From a virus (Duplodnaviria; Caudoviricetes), in the IMG/VR virus record IMGVR_UViG_3300033402_000023, positions 1 to 42,752 of that record: a stretch of DNA of 42,752 nt. One strand, written 5' to 3'. Positions 15,540-23,977 of this stretch are shown here, piece after piece. The notes below the pieces were generated by a model that was not told the origin of the DNA, made no database searches, and saw nothing but the letters and a program-made list of their open reading frames with translations. Position 1 is the first letter of the stretch, and the number at the start of each line of letters is the position of its first letter. The position numbers and the translations under genes are program-made.

Positions 15540-15830
15540 ATGCGGAAGTTATGGGGCAGGTTTCTGGATTGGCTGGCGGAGTTCTGGGCGGGGGATGGCC
15601 CCGTCGAAATGATTCCGTCGAGGGTGCCACCACCTGAGGTGAAGCGACGGCTCAAACTCAGGACGAAAAAGTCGGCAATAAAGACAGTAAAGGCCGCGGC
15701 CAACATCCATGCTGTTGATTCAGGGTATATACGGCAGTTCGTCGGAGGAAACAAGCGTCGAAACGCCAAGACCAAAAAGTCAGCGGCCAAGAAGGCGGTC
15801 AAAAAGCCAGTCCGGAGCGGTAGCCGATGA
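15540..15830 (+). CDS. Basic Lys-rich hypothetical protein
   Basis: GAAGGGGG RBS; KKSAAKKAVKK tail; ATGA overlap with the next gene. Confidence 0.55.
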   Translation: MRKLWGRFLDWLAEFWAGDGPVEMIPSRVPPPEVKRRLKLRTKKSAIKTVKAAANIHAVDSGYIRQFVGGNKRRNAKTKKSAAKKAVKKPVRSGSR

Positions 15831-16378
15831 CCGGACTGGGCCTAAGTACATCATCATCGCCGAAGGTTGGCCTGGGCATCGATCTGCGCGCCGGCTGGCT
15901 GAAGCACGTCGGTCTGGCGATCAGCGGCGCCAGCGGCGCGGCCATCGTGGTTGGGGCCTACGACATCCTGCGCTCGCAGCCCGATCGCGCCTTCGCGCTG
16001 CTGCAGGGCTGGGGGCCGGCCTTCCTGATTGCCATACTCGCGATCTTTGCCGTGGGGCGGATCTTCGAGGGCCTGAACTCGACGGTGCGGGAGAGCTTCA
16101 GCACTATGTCAGCAGGGATTCAATCGAGCGCGGAGGCCGCCTCCAGGACGGCGAGCGCTCTAACGCAACTGGCGGAGCAGGGCAACCGCCAGGTGGAAGA
16201 GACGCGGCGGCTGGCCATCTATGCAGCGCAGGAATTTGTGCCCATGTACGAGCGGCTGGACCGGCAGGATGAGCTTTTGCGGGAGATCAGCCAGAGCGTG
16301 AAGGGCCTGCATTGCGTAATTCATCGTGAAACAAAAACTGTCGAATGTGAGGAGATGGGGGCGAGCAATGGAAGCTGA
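15827..16378 (+). CDS. Membrane protein with C-terminal coiled coil (Mu gp25-like position)
   Basis: Two hydrophobic helices followed by a heptad-rich helix. Confidence 0.75.
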   Translation: MTGLGLSTSSSPKVGLGIDLRAGWLKHVGLAISGASGAAIVVGAYDILRSQPDRAFALLQGWGPAFLIAILAIFAVGRIFEGLNSTVRESFSTMSAGIQSSAEAASRTASALTQLAEQGNRQVEETRRLAIYAAQEFVPMYERLDRQDELLREISQSVKGLHCVIHRETKTVECEEMGASNGS

Positions 16379-16709
16379 TATCAGGGTGGCTCAGAACAGG
16401 CGGCGGAATGTCTTCATCCTGAAGCAAATTCGCATCGGGCACGAAAACCAGATGCACCGGCTCAACGACAGCGAGCTGCACGCCATCATGCAGGACAGCG
16501 GGCTGCATGTGAGCCTCTTCCAGGTGCGCACCATGCTGCAAGATCTCAAGCTTCCCAGGCCTGATTTGAATATGCAAGGCTACGTCGAGTTCAAAGAGGA
16601 GTTCAGCGAAGAAGAGGGTTGCGTTGTCATCAGCGAGATCATTCTCACGGCATCCGGTCTGCGCTGTCTTCAGCGGCGCAAAAACAATGACGACTTGCTC
16701 TTCAACTGA
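16368..16709 (+). CDS. Mu gp26-like winged-helix protein
   Basis: RRNVFIL...VRTMLQDL...GYV...LTASG; upstream of the small terminase. Confidence 0.65.
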   Translation: MEADIRVAQNRRRNVFILKQIRIGHENQMHRLNDSELHAIMQDSGLHVSLFQVRTMLQDLKLPRPDLNMQGYVEFKEEFSEEEGCVVISEIILTASGLRCLQRRKNNDDLLFN

Positions 16710-16910
16710 GTTTGCGTGGCACACGATTGGAAGGACAGTCGGACGCCAAACACATAGTCCAGCATTCGAGTGCAATGGCGGTGCACAGGGTAGCCTGCTC
16801 GGACATTGAGATGAGCCTGGAACTATAGCTGGAATCGAGCCCAGCCCACGCACGCGAAGGAAGTTTGAGGGTTTTACAACGTTATTGCACTATTACGCTC
16901 GAAAGGCAAA

Positions 16911-17633
16911 ATGACCAAGCCCAGGCCCAAAACCGGAGAGCGACGCGCGGTGAATCAGCCGCTCAAGATCGATCGCTTGCCGCAATCGGCGCGCGACGCG
17001 ATCAAGGTGCTCTACGATCAGGGGCGCACCTGGAAAGAGATTGAAGAGCAATCGGCGCTGGGCTTCGGCCCAGATTGGTCAAAGCCTCCTTATGATCAAG
17101 GCTTCATCGATTGGACGACGATCGATTCAGAGACGCTCGATCTCTTCCCCGGCCTACGCGTGGCGAAAAATACCTTACATCGCTGGTTCGATCTGCGCGT
17201 GCGCCAGGTGCGCGCCCAGGTTTTGGCGGAGAGCGCGAAGGCGCGCAAGTGGGCCGAGGCCTTCGCCGGCAAGGATCTGCCGGGCACCAACGCCGCAGTG
17301 ATGAACGCCATGCGCGACCAGGTCTTCACGCTGATGCGCCAGGTGGGACCCGGCGACCAGGCTAAGTTTCTCGATGGCCTGAATGCGCTCTCGTTGACCC
17401 TTGCGCGTTTGCAGCGCGTGGAGCTGCAGGCGAAACGAGTCGAAGTAGACAGCCGAAAATTAAAGCTCCTGGAGGAACGCGAGGAGCAACAGCGCCAGCA
17501 GCTTGAGGCGGAGACGGAGGGCGCGGCCAGGAAGCTCTCCAAAGGCGAGCTGACCGTGGAAGATATCAATCGCCTGCGCGAGCGCGTCTTCGGCTTGCCT
17601 CCGGTCGAGGCTCCGGAGGCCGCGCGTGGCTGA
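16911..17633 (+). CDS. terS: Small terminase subunit, Mu gp27-like (DUF3486)
   Basis: KIDRLP...TWKEI...KNTLHRW; directly before the large terminase. Confidence 0.85.
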   Translation: MTKPRPKTGERRAVNQPLKIDRLPQSARDAIKVLYDQGRTWKEIEEQSALGFGPDWSKPPYDQGFIDWTTIDSETLDLFPGLRVAKNTLHRWFDLRVRQVRAQVLAESAKARKWAEAFAGKDLPGTNAAVMNAMRDQVFTLMRQVGPGDQAKFLDGLNALSLTLARLQRVELQAKRVEVDSRKLKLLEEREEQQRQQLEAETEGAARKLSKGELTVEDINRLRERVFGLPPVEAPEAARG

Positions 17634-19041
17634 GATCAAACTTCCTCCGGTTATTAAGCTCAGGCCATATCAGCAGCGCTGGGTAGACGATCACACGCGC
17701 TTCAAGTTCGGCGTAAAATCCGCGCGCATCGGCTACAGCTTCGCCACCGGCCTTGAAGCCATCTTCGATTGCCTGGAGCACGCCAACGCCACTTGGACGG
17801 TGCTCTCCGCATCTAAAGCGCAATCCACGGAGTTTATCGAGACCTGCCAAAAAAATCTGGAGCTGATGGGCGGCGCTTCGCGGCTCTATGCCGACGAGGA
17901 CTTCATCGATGTCTTCGGCCGCATCGAAGGCATTCAGCAGCGCATCACTTTTCCCAATGGCAGCCGCATCATCGCGCTGCCCGCCAATCCGCGCACCGCG
18001 CGCGGCTATCCCGGCAATGCAATCCTGGATGAATTCGCGCATCACGAGGACAGCTACTCCATCTTCGCGGCCGTCTTCCGCCAGGTGGCGCTGGGCCACA
18101 AGCTGCGCGTGCTCTCCACGCCCAACGGAGAGCAGGGCAAGTTCTATGACATTGCCCGCCAGCTCGGGCTCGATCTGGGCGTCGCTCCGGCGCAATTGCC
18201 AGTGAAAAGAGATGGATGGAGCGGCCATTGGGTCGATGTATATATTGCCGTGGCCGAAGGCTGCCCCATCAATATCGAGGAAATGCGCCGCGGCCTCAAT
18301 GACGACGATACCTGGAATCAGGAATTCTGCTGCGTCTTCCTCAAGTCCACCGGCGCATGGCTCACGCTGGATCTGATCGCCGCCTGCGAGGATGCGGGCG
18401 CGACGCTCGATCTGCCGCCCGGCTTCCAAAAGCGCGGCTCGCTCTTCAGCGGCATCGATGTGGGACGCGATCACGACGCCACCTGCCTGTGGCTTGATGA
18501 AAAGATCGGCGACGTGGCCTGGACGCGCGCCGTCATCAAGCTGCACGCCATGAGTTTTCCGGAGCAGTGCAAGCGCCTCAATCCGATAGTGAAGATGACC
18601 TCGCGCAGCGCCATCGACAAAACCGGCATGGGCGTGGGCTTGTTCGATCTTTTGGATCTGGAAAATCAAGGGCGGCTGATGGGAGTGAGCTTCGGCGGCT
18701 CCAATGATGATGGCGTGAAGATGAAGACGGATCTGGCCATTCGCATCAAGAAACGCTTCGAGCAACAGCGCTCGCGCATTCCCTACGATCCGCAGATCCG
18801 CGCCGAGCTGCAAGCCATCAAGCGCCAGGCCACTCCTTCTGGAGTAACTTTTGACGCGCCGCGCATCGAGGTAGATACGGCCGTGGCCGGCGGCGTGAAG
18901 CGAAAGCTCTATACCCACGCCGACGCCTTCTGGGCCAAGTCCCTTGCGGATCTGGCCGGCGATGGCGGCGTCTGCATGCTCGCCGGCGTCGAGACCGCCG
19001 AGAAACAAACTTCCTACGCGCAAACCAAGGGGTTCCTGTGA
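17626..19041 (+). CDS. terL: Large terminase subunit, Mu gp28-like
   Basis: LRPYQ, KSARIGYS, LPANPRTARG, ILDEFAH, STPNG, GIDVGR, HADAFWA. Confidence 0.96.
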   Translation: MAEIKLPPVIKLRPYQQRWVDDHTRFKFGVKSARIGYSFATGLEAIFDCLEHANATWTVLSASKAQSTEFIETCQKNLELMGGASRLYADEDFIDVFGRIEGIQQRITFPNGSRIIALPANPRTARGYPGNAILDEFAHHEDSYSIFAAVFRQVALGHKLRVLSTPNGEQGKFYDIARQLGLDLGVAPAQLPVKRDGWSGHWVDVYIAVAEGCPINIEEMRRGLNDDDTWNQEFCCVFLKSTGAWLTLDLIAACEDAGATLDLPPGFQKRGSLFSGIDVGRDHDATCLWLDEKIGDVAWTRAVIKLHAMSFPEQCKRLNPIVKMTSRSAIDKTGMGVGLFDLLDLENQGRLMGVSFGGSNDDGVKMKTDLAIRIKKRFEQQRSRIPYDPQIRAELQAIKRQATPSGVTFDAPRIEVDTAVAGGVKRKLYTHADAFWAKSLADLAGDGGVCMLAGVETAEKQTSYAQTKGFL

Positions 19042-20525
19042 TGGCCAAAAATACCGAGAAAAAGATTCAAGCCGTTCCTCCCATGCCGCCCAGGGGCGAG
19101 ATCATCTCGACCCAAAGCCTCTACCTGCAGCAGATCTCGCTTTACCGCAATACGCTGGCCTTCGGTGGCACGCGCAATCCTTCGGCGATCTGGGGCGCCA
19201 TGACCTACAACATGCCCGAGACCATGGCCTACTTCCGCGAGCTGGAGGAAAAAGACCCGGACGTGGCCAATGGCCTGCACACCCTGAAGCTCAGCGTGCT
19301 GGAGCGCGATCGCAGCGTGCTGCCCGCGCCGCGCGATGAATCTTCATTGGCTCAGGAGGCCAAGGAATTCATTGAAGAGCAGCTCGGCAGGCTCGACTTC
19401 CACGCGGTGCTGGATTGCATTCTGGACGCGCCTGGCTATGGCTTCAGTGTGCAGGAATTGGTCTTCGATACTTCCGAGGGCCAGGCGGAGCTGATGGAGA
19501 TCAGCGATTGCCCGCAGGAACTATTTTTGTTTGGCAATCGATTTTATCCGCAGGTGGGGCAATTGCAATTGCTCGACAATCCCTGGGCCTCGGAGGGAAC
19601 TCGGGTTCCGGAACAAAAGTTTCTGGTCTACAGCTATCGCAAGCGCAGCCGCAACCGCATGGGGCGGCCACTGCTCAAAGAAGTTTTCTGGCCAAGCTGG
19701 TTTAAGCGCAACATGGAGCGGCTGTGGCTTCAATATGCCGAAAAGGGTCCCGGCACGGCCGTGGTGCATTATAACGACGCCGATAATGAATCGGAGCGCA
19801 AACAGGCTGTAGCCATTGCCCAGGCGATCGTGGACAGCGTGGCCATCGCCGTGCCTAAAGGCTTCGAATACGATCCGGAGCTGCTCAAGATCGCGCGCAG
19901 CCAAAAGCCGGAGGTCTACGAAAACTTCTGCAAGGCCAAGCAATACGATATTGCCCGCCTGATCCTGGGCGAGACGCTAACCAGCTTTGGACAGGAAGGC
20001 GGCGGCGGATCGCGCGCTCAGGGCGAAACACATGCCGATACGCTCGACCAGCGCAGCGTGGAGCTTTGCCGCAGCCTGCAATCGGTCATCAACAATCAGC
20101 TCGTGAAGCCTCTGGTGCTTTGGAATTTCGGGCCGAATGCGCCGATTCCCATCTGGCAATTCGATCTGGAAGAGGCGGAGGATCTCGAACTTGCTTTGAC
20201 AGTGGATAGTGGCTTGCAACGCATGGGCTTCCATCAGACCGCGGGTTATATCTCCGATCGCTACGATCGGCCGTTGTCTCCCGATCAGCAACCCGACGAA
20301 ATTCTGACGCCCAATGTCAGCGCGCCCAGCGTGGCGCTGCGCGACACGGCGGCTGCAACTTTCTCGGAAAATAACCTGCCGCCGGCGATGCGCGCGGAGT
20401 GGAAGCAATATGACAAGCTCTTCGCGCAGTTGCAGGACGACGCCAGAAAAATCTACAAGCGGCGCGCGCGCGAGATTGCGGCCACAGCCGTGCCGCCGCA
20501 AAATAGGGAACAGGGAACAGATTGA
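19041..20525 (+). CDS. Portal protein, Mu gp29-like (DUF935)
   Basis: ILDAPGYGFSVQE, WLQYAEK, ILGETLTS...SRAQGETH motifs. Confidence 0.93.
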   Translation: MAKNTEKKIQAVPPMPPRGEIISTQSLYLQQISLYRNTLAFGGTRNPSAIWGAMTYNMPETMAYFRELEEKDPDVANGLHTLKLSVLERDRSVLPAPRDESSLAQEAKEFIEEQLGRLDFHAVLDCILDAPGYGFSVQELVFDTSEGQAELMEISDCPQELFLFGNRFYPQVGQLQLLDNPWASEGTRVPEQKFLVYSYRKRSRNRMGRPLLKEVFWPSWFKRNMERLWLQYAEKGPGTAVVHYNDADNESERKQAVAIAQAIVDSVAIAVPKGFEYDPELLKIARSQKPEVYENFCKAKQYDIARLILGETLTSFGQEGGGGSRAQGETHADTLDQRSVELCRSLQSVINNQLVKPLVLWNFGPNAPIPIWQFDLEEAEDLELALTVDSGLQRMGFHQTAGYISDRYDRPLSPDQQPDEILTPNVSAPSVALRDTAAATFSENNLPPAMRAEWKQYDKLFAQLQDDARKIYKRRAREIAATAVPPQNREQGTD

Positions 20526-21325
20526 ATTCCGATCAGGAACAAATCGGCGATCTGCTGGCGCGCCACCTGGCCGCGGCCAACCTGCTCGGCCGTCTGCATA
20601 TCATTGGCGTGGGCTTGAAGAAGTTGCGCAAGTCCATGCGCATCTCCACCAGCTCGCGACTGCGTAACTTTGCCGAGGAAGATGCCGAGGGAGACACCTT
20701 CAACGTGGGCTTTAATTTCGATTTGCCGCCGACAGGCGCGGTGGATTATCTGCGCGGCTTGACGCCAGTGACGCGCGATCTCTTCGATGGCCTCACCAGC
20801 CAATACAAAAATGACGCCTTCACCATCGCCGGAGTCAGCGATCAGCGATTGATTCAAAAGATTCGCGATGCGCTGGGTGAGACGCTGGCCAAGGGCGGAA
20901 CGCGCGAAGACTTTCACAAGGCCGTTGACGAGCTGACTACCGATGCCGGCATGGAGAAGCTGGCAGCCTTCGATCTGGATACCGTCTTCCAGACCAATGC
21001 AGGCAAAGCCTACAGCGCGGGGCGTCTGGAGCAGATGAAAGAGCCATCGATGATGGATGCGCTGCCCTATTGGCAATACTGGACGGTGGGCGATCTGCGC
21101 GTGAGGCCGGCGCACGCGGTGCTGGATGGTTTTTGCGCGCGGGCCATCGATCCGGTATGGCTGAAAATCTATCCACCATGGGATTTCAACTGCCGTTGCG
21201 GAGTGATTCCCATTTTGCCCGAGGATGCGCCCGAGGGCAGCGACGAAGGAGGCCTGGAACGATTGCCTTTGCTGGCTCGGATTGCGATTGCAGAATCCGG
21301 CTTTAACACGCTGACTGGAGAGTAA
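20522..21325 (+). CDS. MuF/gp30 minor head protein, short form
   Basis: AFTIAG, VFQTN...AYSAGR, DLRVRPAH, YPPWDFNCRC; start codon uncertain. Confidence 0.92.
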   Translation: MNSDQEQIGDLLARHLAAANLLGRLHIIGVGLKKLRKSMRISTSSRLRNFAEEDAEGDTFNVGFNFDLPPTGAVDYLRGLTPVTRDLFDGLTSQYKNDAFTIAGVSDQRLIQKIRDALGETLAKGGTREDFHKAVDELTTDAGMEKLAAFDLDTVFQTNAGKAYSAGRLEQMKEPSMMDALPYWQYWTVGDLRVRPAHAVLDGFCARAIDPVWLKIYPPWDFNCRCGVIPILPEDAPEGSDEGGLERLPLLARIAIAESGFNTLTGE

Positions 21326-21326
21326 C

Positions 21327-21395
21327 CATTCCATCCAGCCCAACCTTTTCACCCGTAGCACAGGCCGATAAAGCGGCCTAGTAAGGTGGTTCACA
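21327..21395 (+). promoter_or_regulatory. Putative activator-dependent late promoter (head operon), leaderless start
   Basis: 25-nt motif, 30 nt, TAAGGT, 7 nt, ATG; no SD sequence. Confidence 0.6.
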
Positions 21396-22768
21396 TGGCG
21401 GAAGTTCTCACCAAAATCGTAGACGGCAAGCCGCTCCCCAAAGAGAAGTTTGCCTACGTCGGCGATCCGGAAAAAATCGAGACCTGGCATCTGCCCATCG
21501 ACGAAGATCACATCGATTCGGCGGTGAAGATGTTCGGCCACGAAAAGCATGTGCCGGAATCCGAGAAGAAATCAGTGGCGCGCAAGATCGAGGCCACCGC
21601 TAAAAAACATGGCATCGATACGGAAAACTTCCACAAAACCTATCTGGCCGATGGCGAGCACGCCGAGGCTCCGCGTCCCTGGATTGAGATCTTCCGCGCC
21701 GGCGATTATAGCAATGCCAACAAGGGCCTCATCACCCGCGAAGATCTCGACCGCGTAGTGCGCAATTACGATCCCAGTTATCATGAAGCTCCCGAAACTC
21801 TCGGCCATCGCGCCGATGACCAGCCGGCCTATGGCTGGATCGACGCGCTGATGCTGGATGGCGATAAACTGCTTGCCCGCGAGCGCCAGGTTGATCCCAA
21901 GTTTGCCGAGGCGCGCAAGGCGGGCAAATTCAAAAAGCGTTCGGCGGCGTTCTATCAGGACGACGCGGGCAACATCACCGGGCTGCGCCATCTGGCGTGG
22001 CTGGGCGCTGGCATTCCCGAGGTCAAGGGTTTGCAAGACATCTCATTTGAAGATCACGGCCAGAAGTTCATCTCGTTGGACTTCGGCGAGGAGGATGAAA
22101 CCGTGGCAGATCCAAACAAAACCGTTCCCGATCAGATTAGGGATGGCATCAAGAGTTTCTTTGCGGAGATGTTCGGCGGCTCCGACAAACCCAAAACCTT
22201 CAGCGAAGAGGATGCCAAGCGCATCGCCACTGAAGCGGCCACCGCGGCTGCCGCGCCTTTGCAAGCCAAAGTTACCGCGCTCGAAACCGAGCTGAAAACG
22301 CAGACCGCAAAGTTTGCCGAGCGCGAAACGGCTCTAGCCGGCGGCGAGGTCAAGCAGCGCGCGCTGAATGCCGTCGCCAGGCTGAAGACCGCGGGCAAAT
22401 GGGTTCCGGCCTTTGAGAAGCAGGGTCTCGGCCCGGTCTTCGAGGAGCTGGCCAAGAACACCACCCCAACAATCGAATTCGGCGAAGGCGACCAGAAGAA
22501 GAAGGTCACGCCGCTGGAGACGTTGGTGCTCTTCCTGGAAGGGCTGCCGAAGATCGTTCCCGGCGGCCGGCTGATCGAAAGCGCACCCAACGGCAAAACC
22601 GGCGCATCGAGCGGCGATCCGCTCACCGATGCGACCCGCGCGTTGCAGAAGGAGCGCCGCGCCGATAACGGCGGCAAGGGCATCACCTTCGGCGAGGCGT
22701 TGGCGCAGGTTGCCGCAGAGCATCCTGAGCTGACTGTCACGGGCAACGCAACCGGCGGCGCGGTCTAA
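21395..22768 (+). CDS. Prohead protease/scaffold (Mu gpI-like) with an extra N-terminal domain
   Basis: WIEIFRAG, GH...PAYGWI, FKKRSA, LRHLAWLGA..PEVKGL; helical scaffold C-terminus. Confidence 0.9.
   Translation: MAEVLTKIVDGKPLPKEKFAYVGDPEKIETWHLPIDEDHIDSAVKMFGHEKHVPESEKKSVARKIEATAKKHGIDTENFHKTYLADGEHAEAPRPWIEIFRAGDYSNANKGLITREDLDRVVRNYDPSYHEAPETLGHRADDQPAYGWIDALMLDGDKLLARERQVDPKFAEARKAGKFKKRSAAFYQDDAGNITGLRHLAWLGAGIPEVKGLQDISFEDHGQKFISLDFGEEDETVADPNKTVPDQIRDGIKSFFAEMFGGSDKPKTFSEEDAKRIATEAATAAAAPLQAKVTALETELKTQTAKFAERETALAGGEVKQRALNAVARLKTAGKWVPAFEKQGLGPVFEELAKNTTPTIEFGEGDQKKKVTPLETLVLFLEGLPKIVPGGRLIESAPNGKTGASSGDPLTDATRALQKERRADNGGKGITFGEALAQVAAEHPELTVTGNATGGAV
22103..22768 (+). CDS. Internal in-frame scaffolding protein (Mu gpZ-like)
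   Basis: GAGGAGG RBS and in-frame GTG at the protease/scaffold boundary. Confidence 0.6.
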   Translation: MADPNKTVPDQIRDGIKSFFAEMFGGSDKPKTFSEEDAKRIATEAATAAAAPLQAKVTALETELKTQTAKFAERETALAGGEVKQRALNAVARLKTAGKWVPAFEKQGLGPVFEELAKNTTPTIEFGEGDQKKKVTPLETLVLFLEGLPKIVPGGRLIESAPNGKTGASSGDPLTDATRALQKERRADNGGKGITFGEALAQVAAEHPELTVTGNATGGAV

Positions 22769-22854
22769 AGATTCAAGATGCGCCGGCTCCGCTAGAAGCG
22801 CCCGGCGCTGCAACTTTTCAAGAATTCTGAAATCAGCCCCGAGGAGGGCGCATC

Positions 22855-23886
22855 ATGTCAAACATCTACGTTGAAGCAAAAGGCCCCAAGGGTGTGCAGG
22901 CAAAAGAATCGCTGCTGCCTGCGGCCGTCACCGGCTACACGCGCGGCCTGGCCGTCACCTATGGCTCCGATGCCTATCATTGCATGCTGGCCACGGTCCT
23001 GGGCCAGCTCTGCGCAGGCATTCTCGAAGAGGATGCGATCAATACCTACAATCCCTGCGCCGTGGTTGAATTCGGCCAGTGCGTGGCGGAGATTGGCGCC
23101 AGCGTGACCGCGTTGGAAGCGCTGATGGTCAACGCCTCCGGGCAGTTGATTCCCGCCACCAATGGCAATGCGGTGGTTGCCGTGGCGCTGGAGCCGCAGA
23201 CATACGTTGCGCCAGGCTCTTTCGCCAACGTCTTTGTCTTCGGCCTCTTCGGCTTCCTCTGCGCGGGCACCACGGTGCCTGTGCCGGCGCTCAGCCATCT
23301 CGTCGCCTCCGGCGCGATTCCGGTGGCTTCGGGCACCTATGGCTTGGGCAGCGCGGCTCCTTTGGCAATGACTCTCGCCACGCCCACCAATCTTCAGGAT
23401 GGCACCACCCTGGAGATCTGCGCGGAGACGGCGCAGGCGCATACCGTCACCACGGCTGCCAGCATCATCGATGGCACTTATTCCGTGATCACTTTCGCCA
23501 CCATCGGCGACAGCATCACGCTGGAAGCCATGGCTGGGCTCTGGGTGGCCACGGCGAAAAAGGGCAACGTTTCACTTGCTCCGTCGGTGACCGCCTATTC
23601 CGCTTCAGGCGCTATTGGCGTAACTGTGGGCATGGCAACCATCGGCGGAGCAGCAGCGAAAGCTATGACGCTGGTGCAGCCCAGCATTGCGCAGGAAGAT
23701 ACGCTGCTCTTTATCGAAGCGGTGACCGCGCACGCGCACACGGTCACCACTGCGGCAAACGGCATCAACGGCGCGGATGATACGGTCACCTTTGCCGCCG
23801 TCGGCGACGCGGTGCTGCTGCGCGCCAGAAACCAGAAGTGGATTGCCCTGGCGCTGGTTGGCAATGCCGCGCTGAGCGAGGTTTAA
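22855..23886 (+). CDS. Capsid cement/decoration protein with two tandem C-terminal repeat domains
   Basis: DUF2190-like N-terminus; SGAI...AMTL...AHTVTTAA...TF...GD...W repeated twice; located before the capsid gene. Confidence 0.75.
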   Translation: MSNIYVEAKGPKGVQAKESLLPAAVTGYTRGLAVTYGSDAYHCMLATVLGQLCAGILEEDAINTYNPCAVVEFGQCVAEIGASVTALEALMVNASGQLIPATNGNAVVAVALEPQTYVAPGSFANVFVFGLFGFLCAGTTVPVPALSHLVASGAIPVASGTYGLGSAAPLAMTLATPTNLQDGTTLEICAETAQAHTVTTAASIIDGTYSVITFATIGDSITLEAMAGLWVATAKKGNVSLAPSVTAYSASGAIGVTVGMATIGGAAAKAMTLVQPSIAQEDTLLFIEAVTAHAHTVTTAANGINGADDTVTFAAVGDAVLLRARNQKWIALALVGNAALSEV

Positions 23887-23977
23887 CTTTTCCCGCCTGG
23901 CGCGCGGCTGAGATTCCGCGCGCCGGGCGGCGCAACGCAACACGAATTCACCCGCGCGAGCGGAGGAGGATCTTTCA

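Noticed and set aside
16713-16852. Canonical tRNA gene
   Set aside because: Too long, T-loop is non-consensus and there is no proper D or anticodon arm; kept only as a structured-RNA candidate.
20522-21325. MuF polymorphic toxin
   Set aside because: The protein ends shortly after the NCRC motif; no toxin extension or immunity gene.
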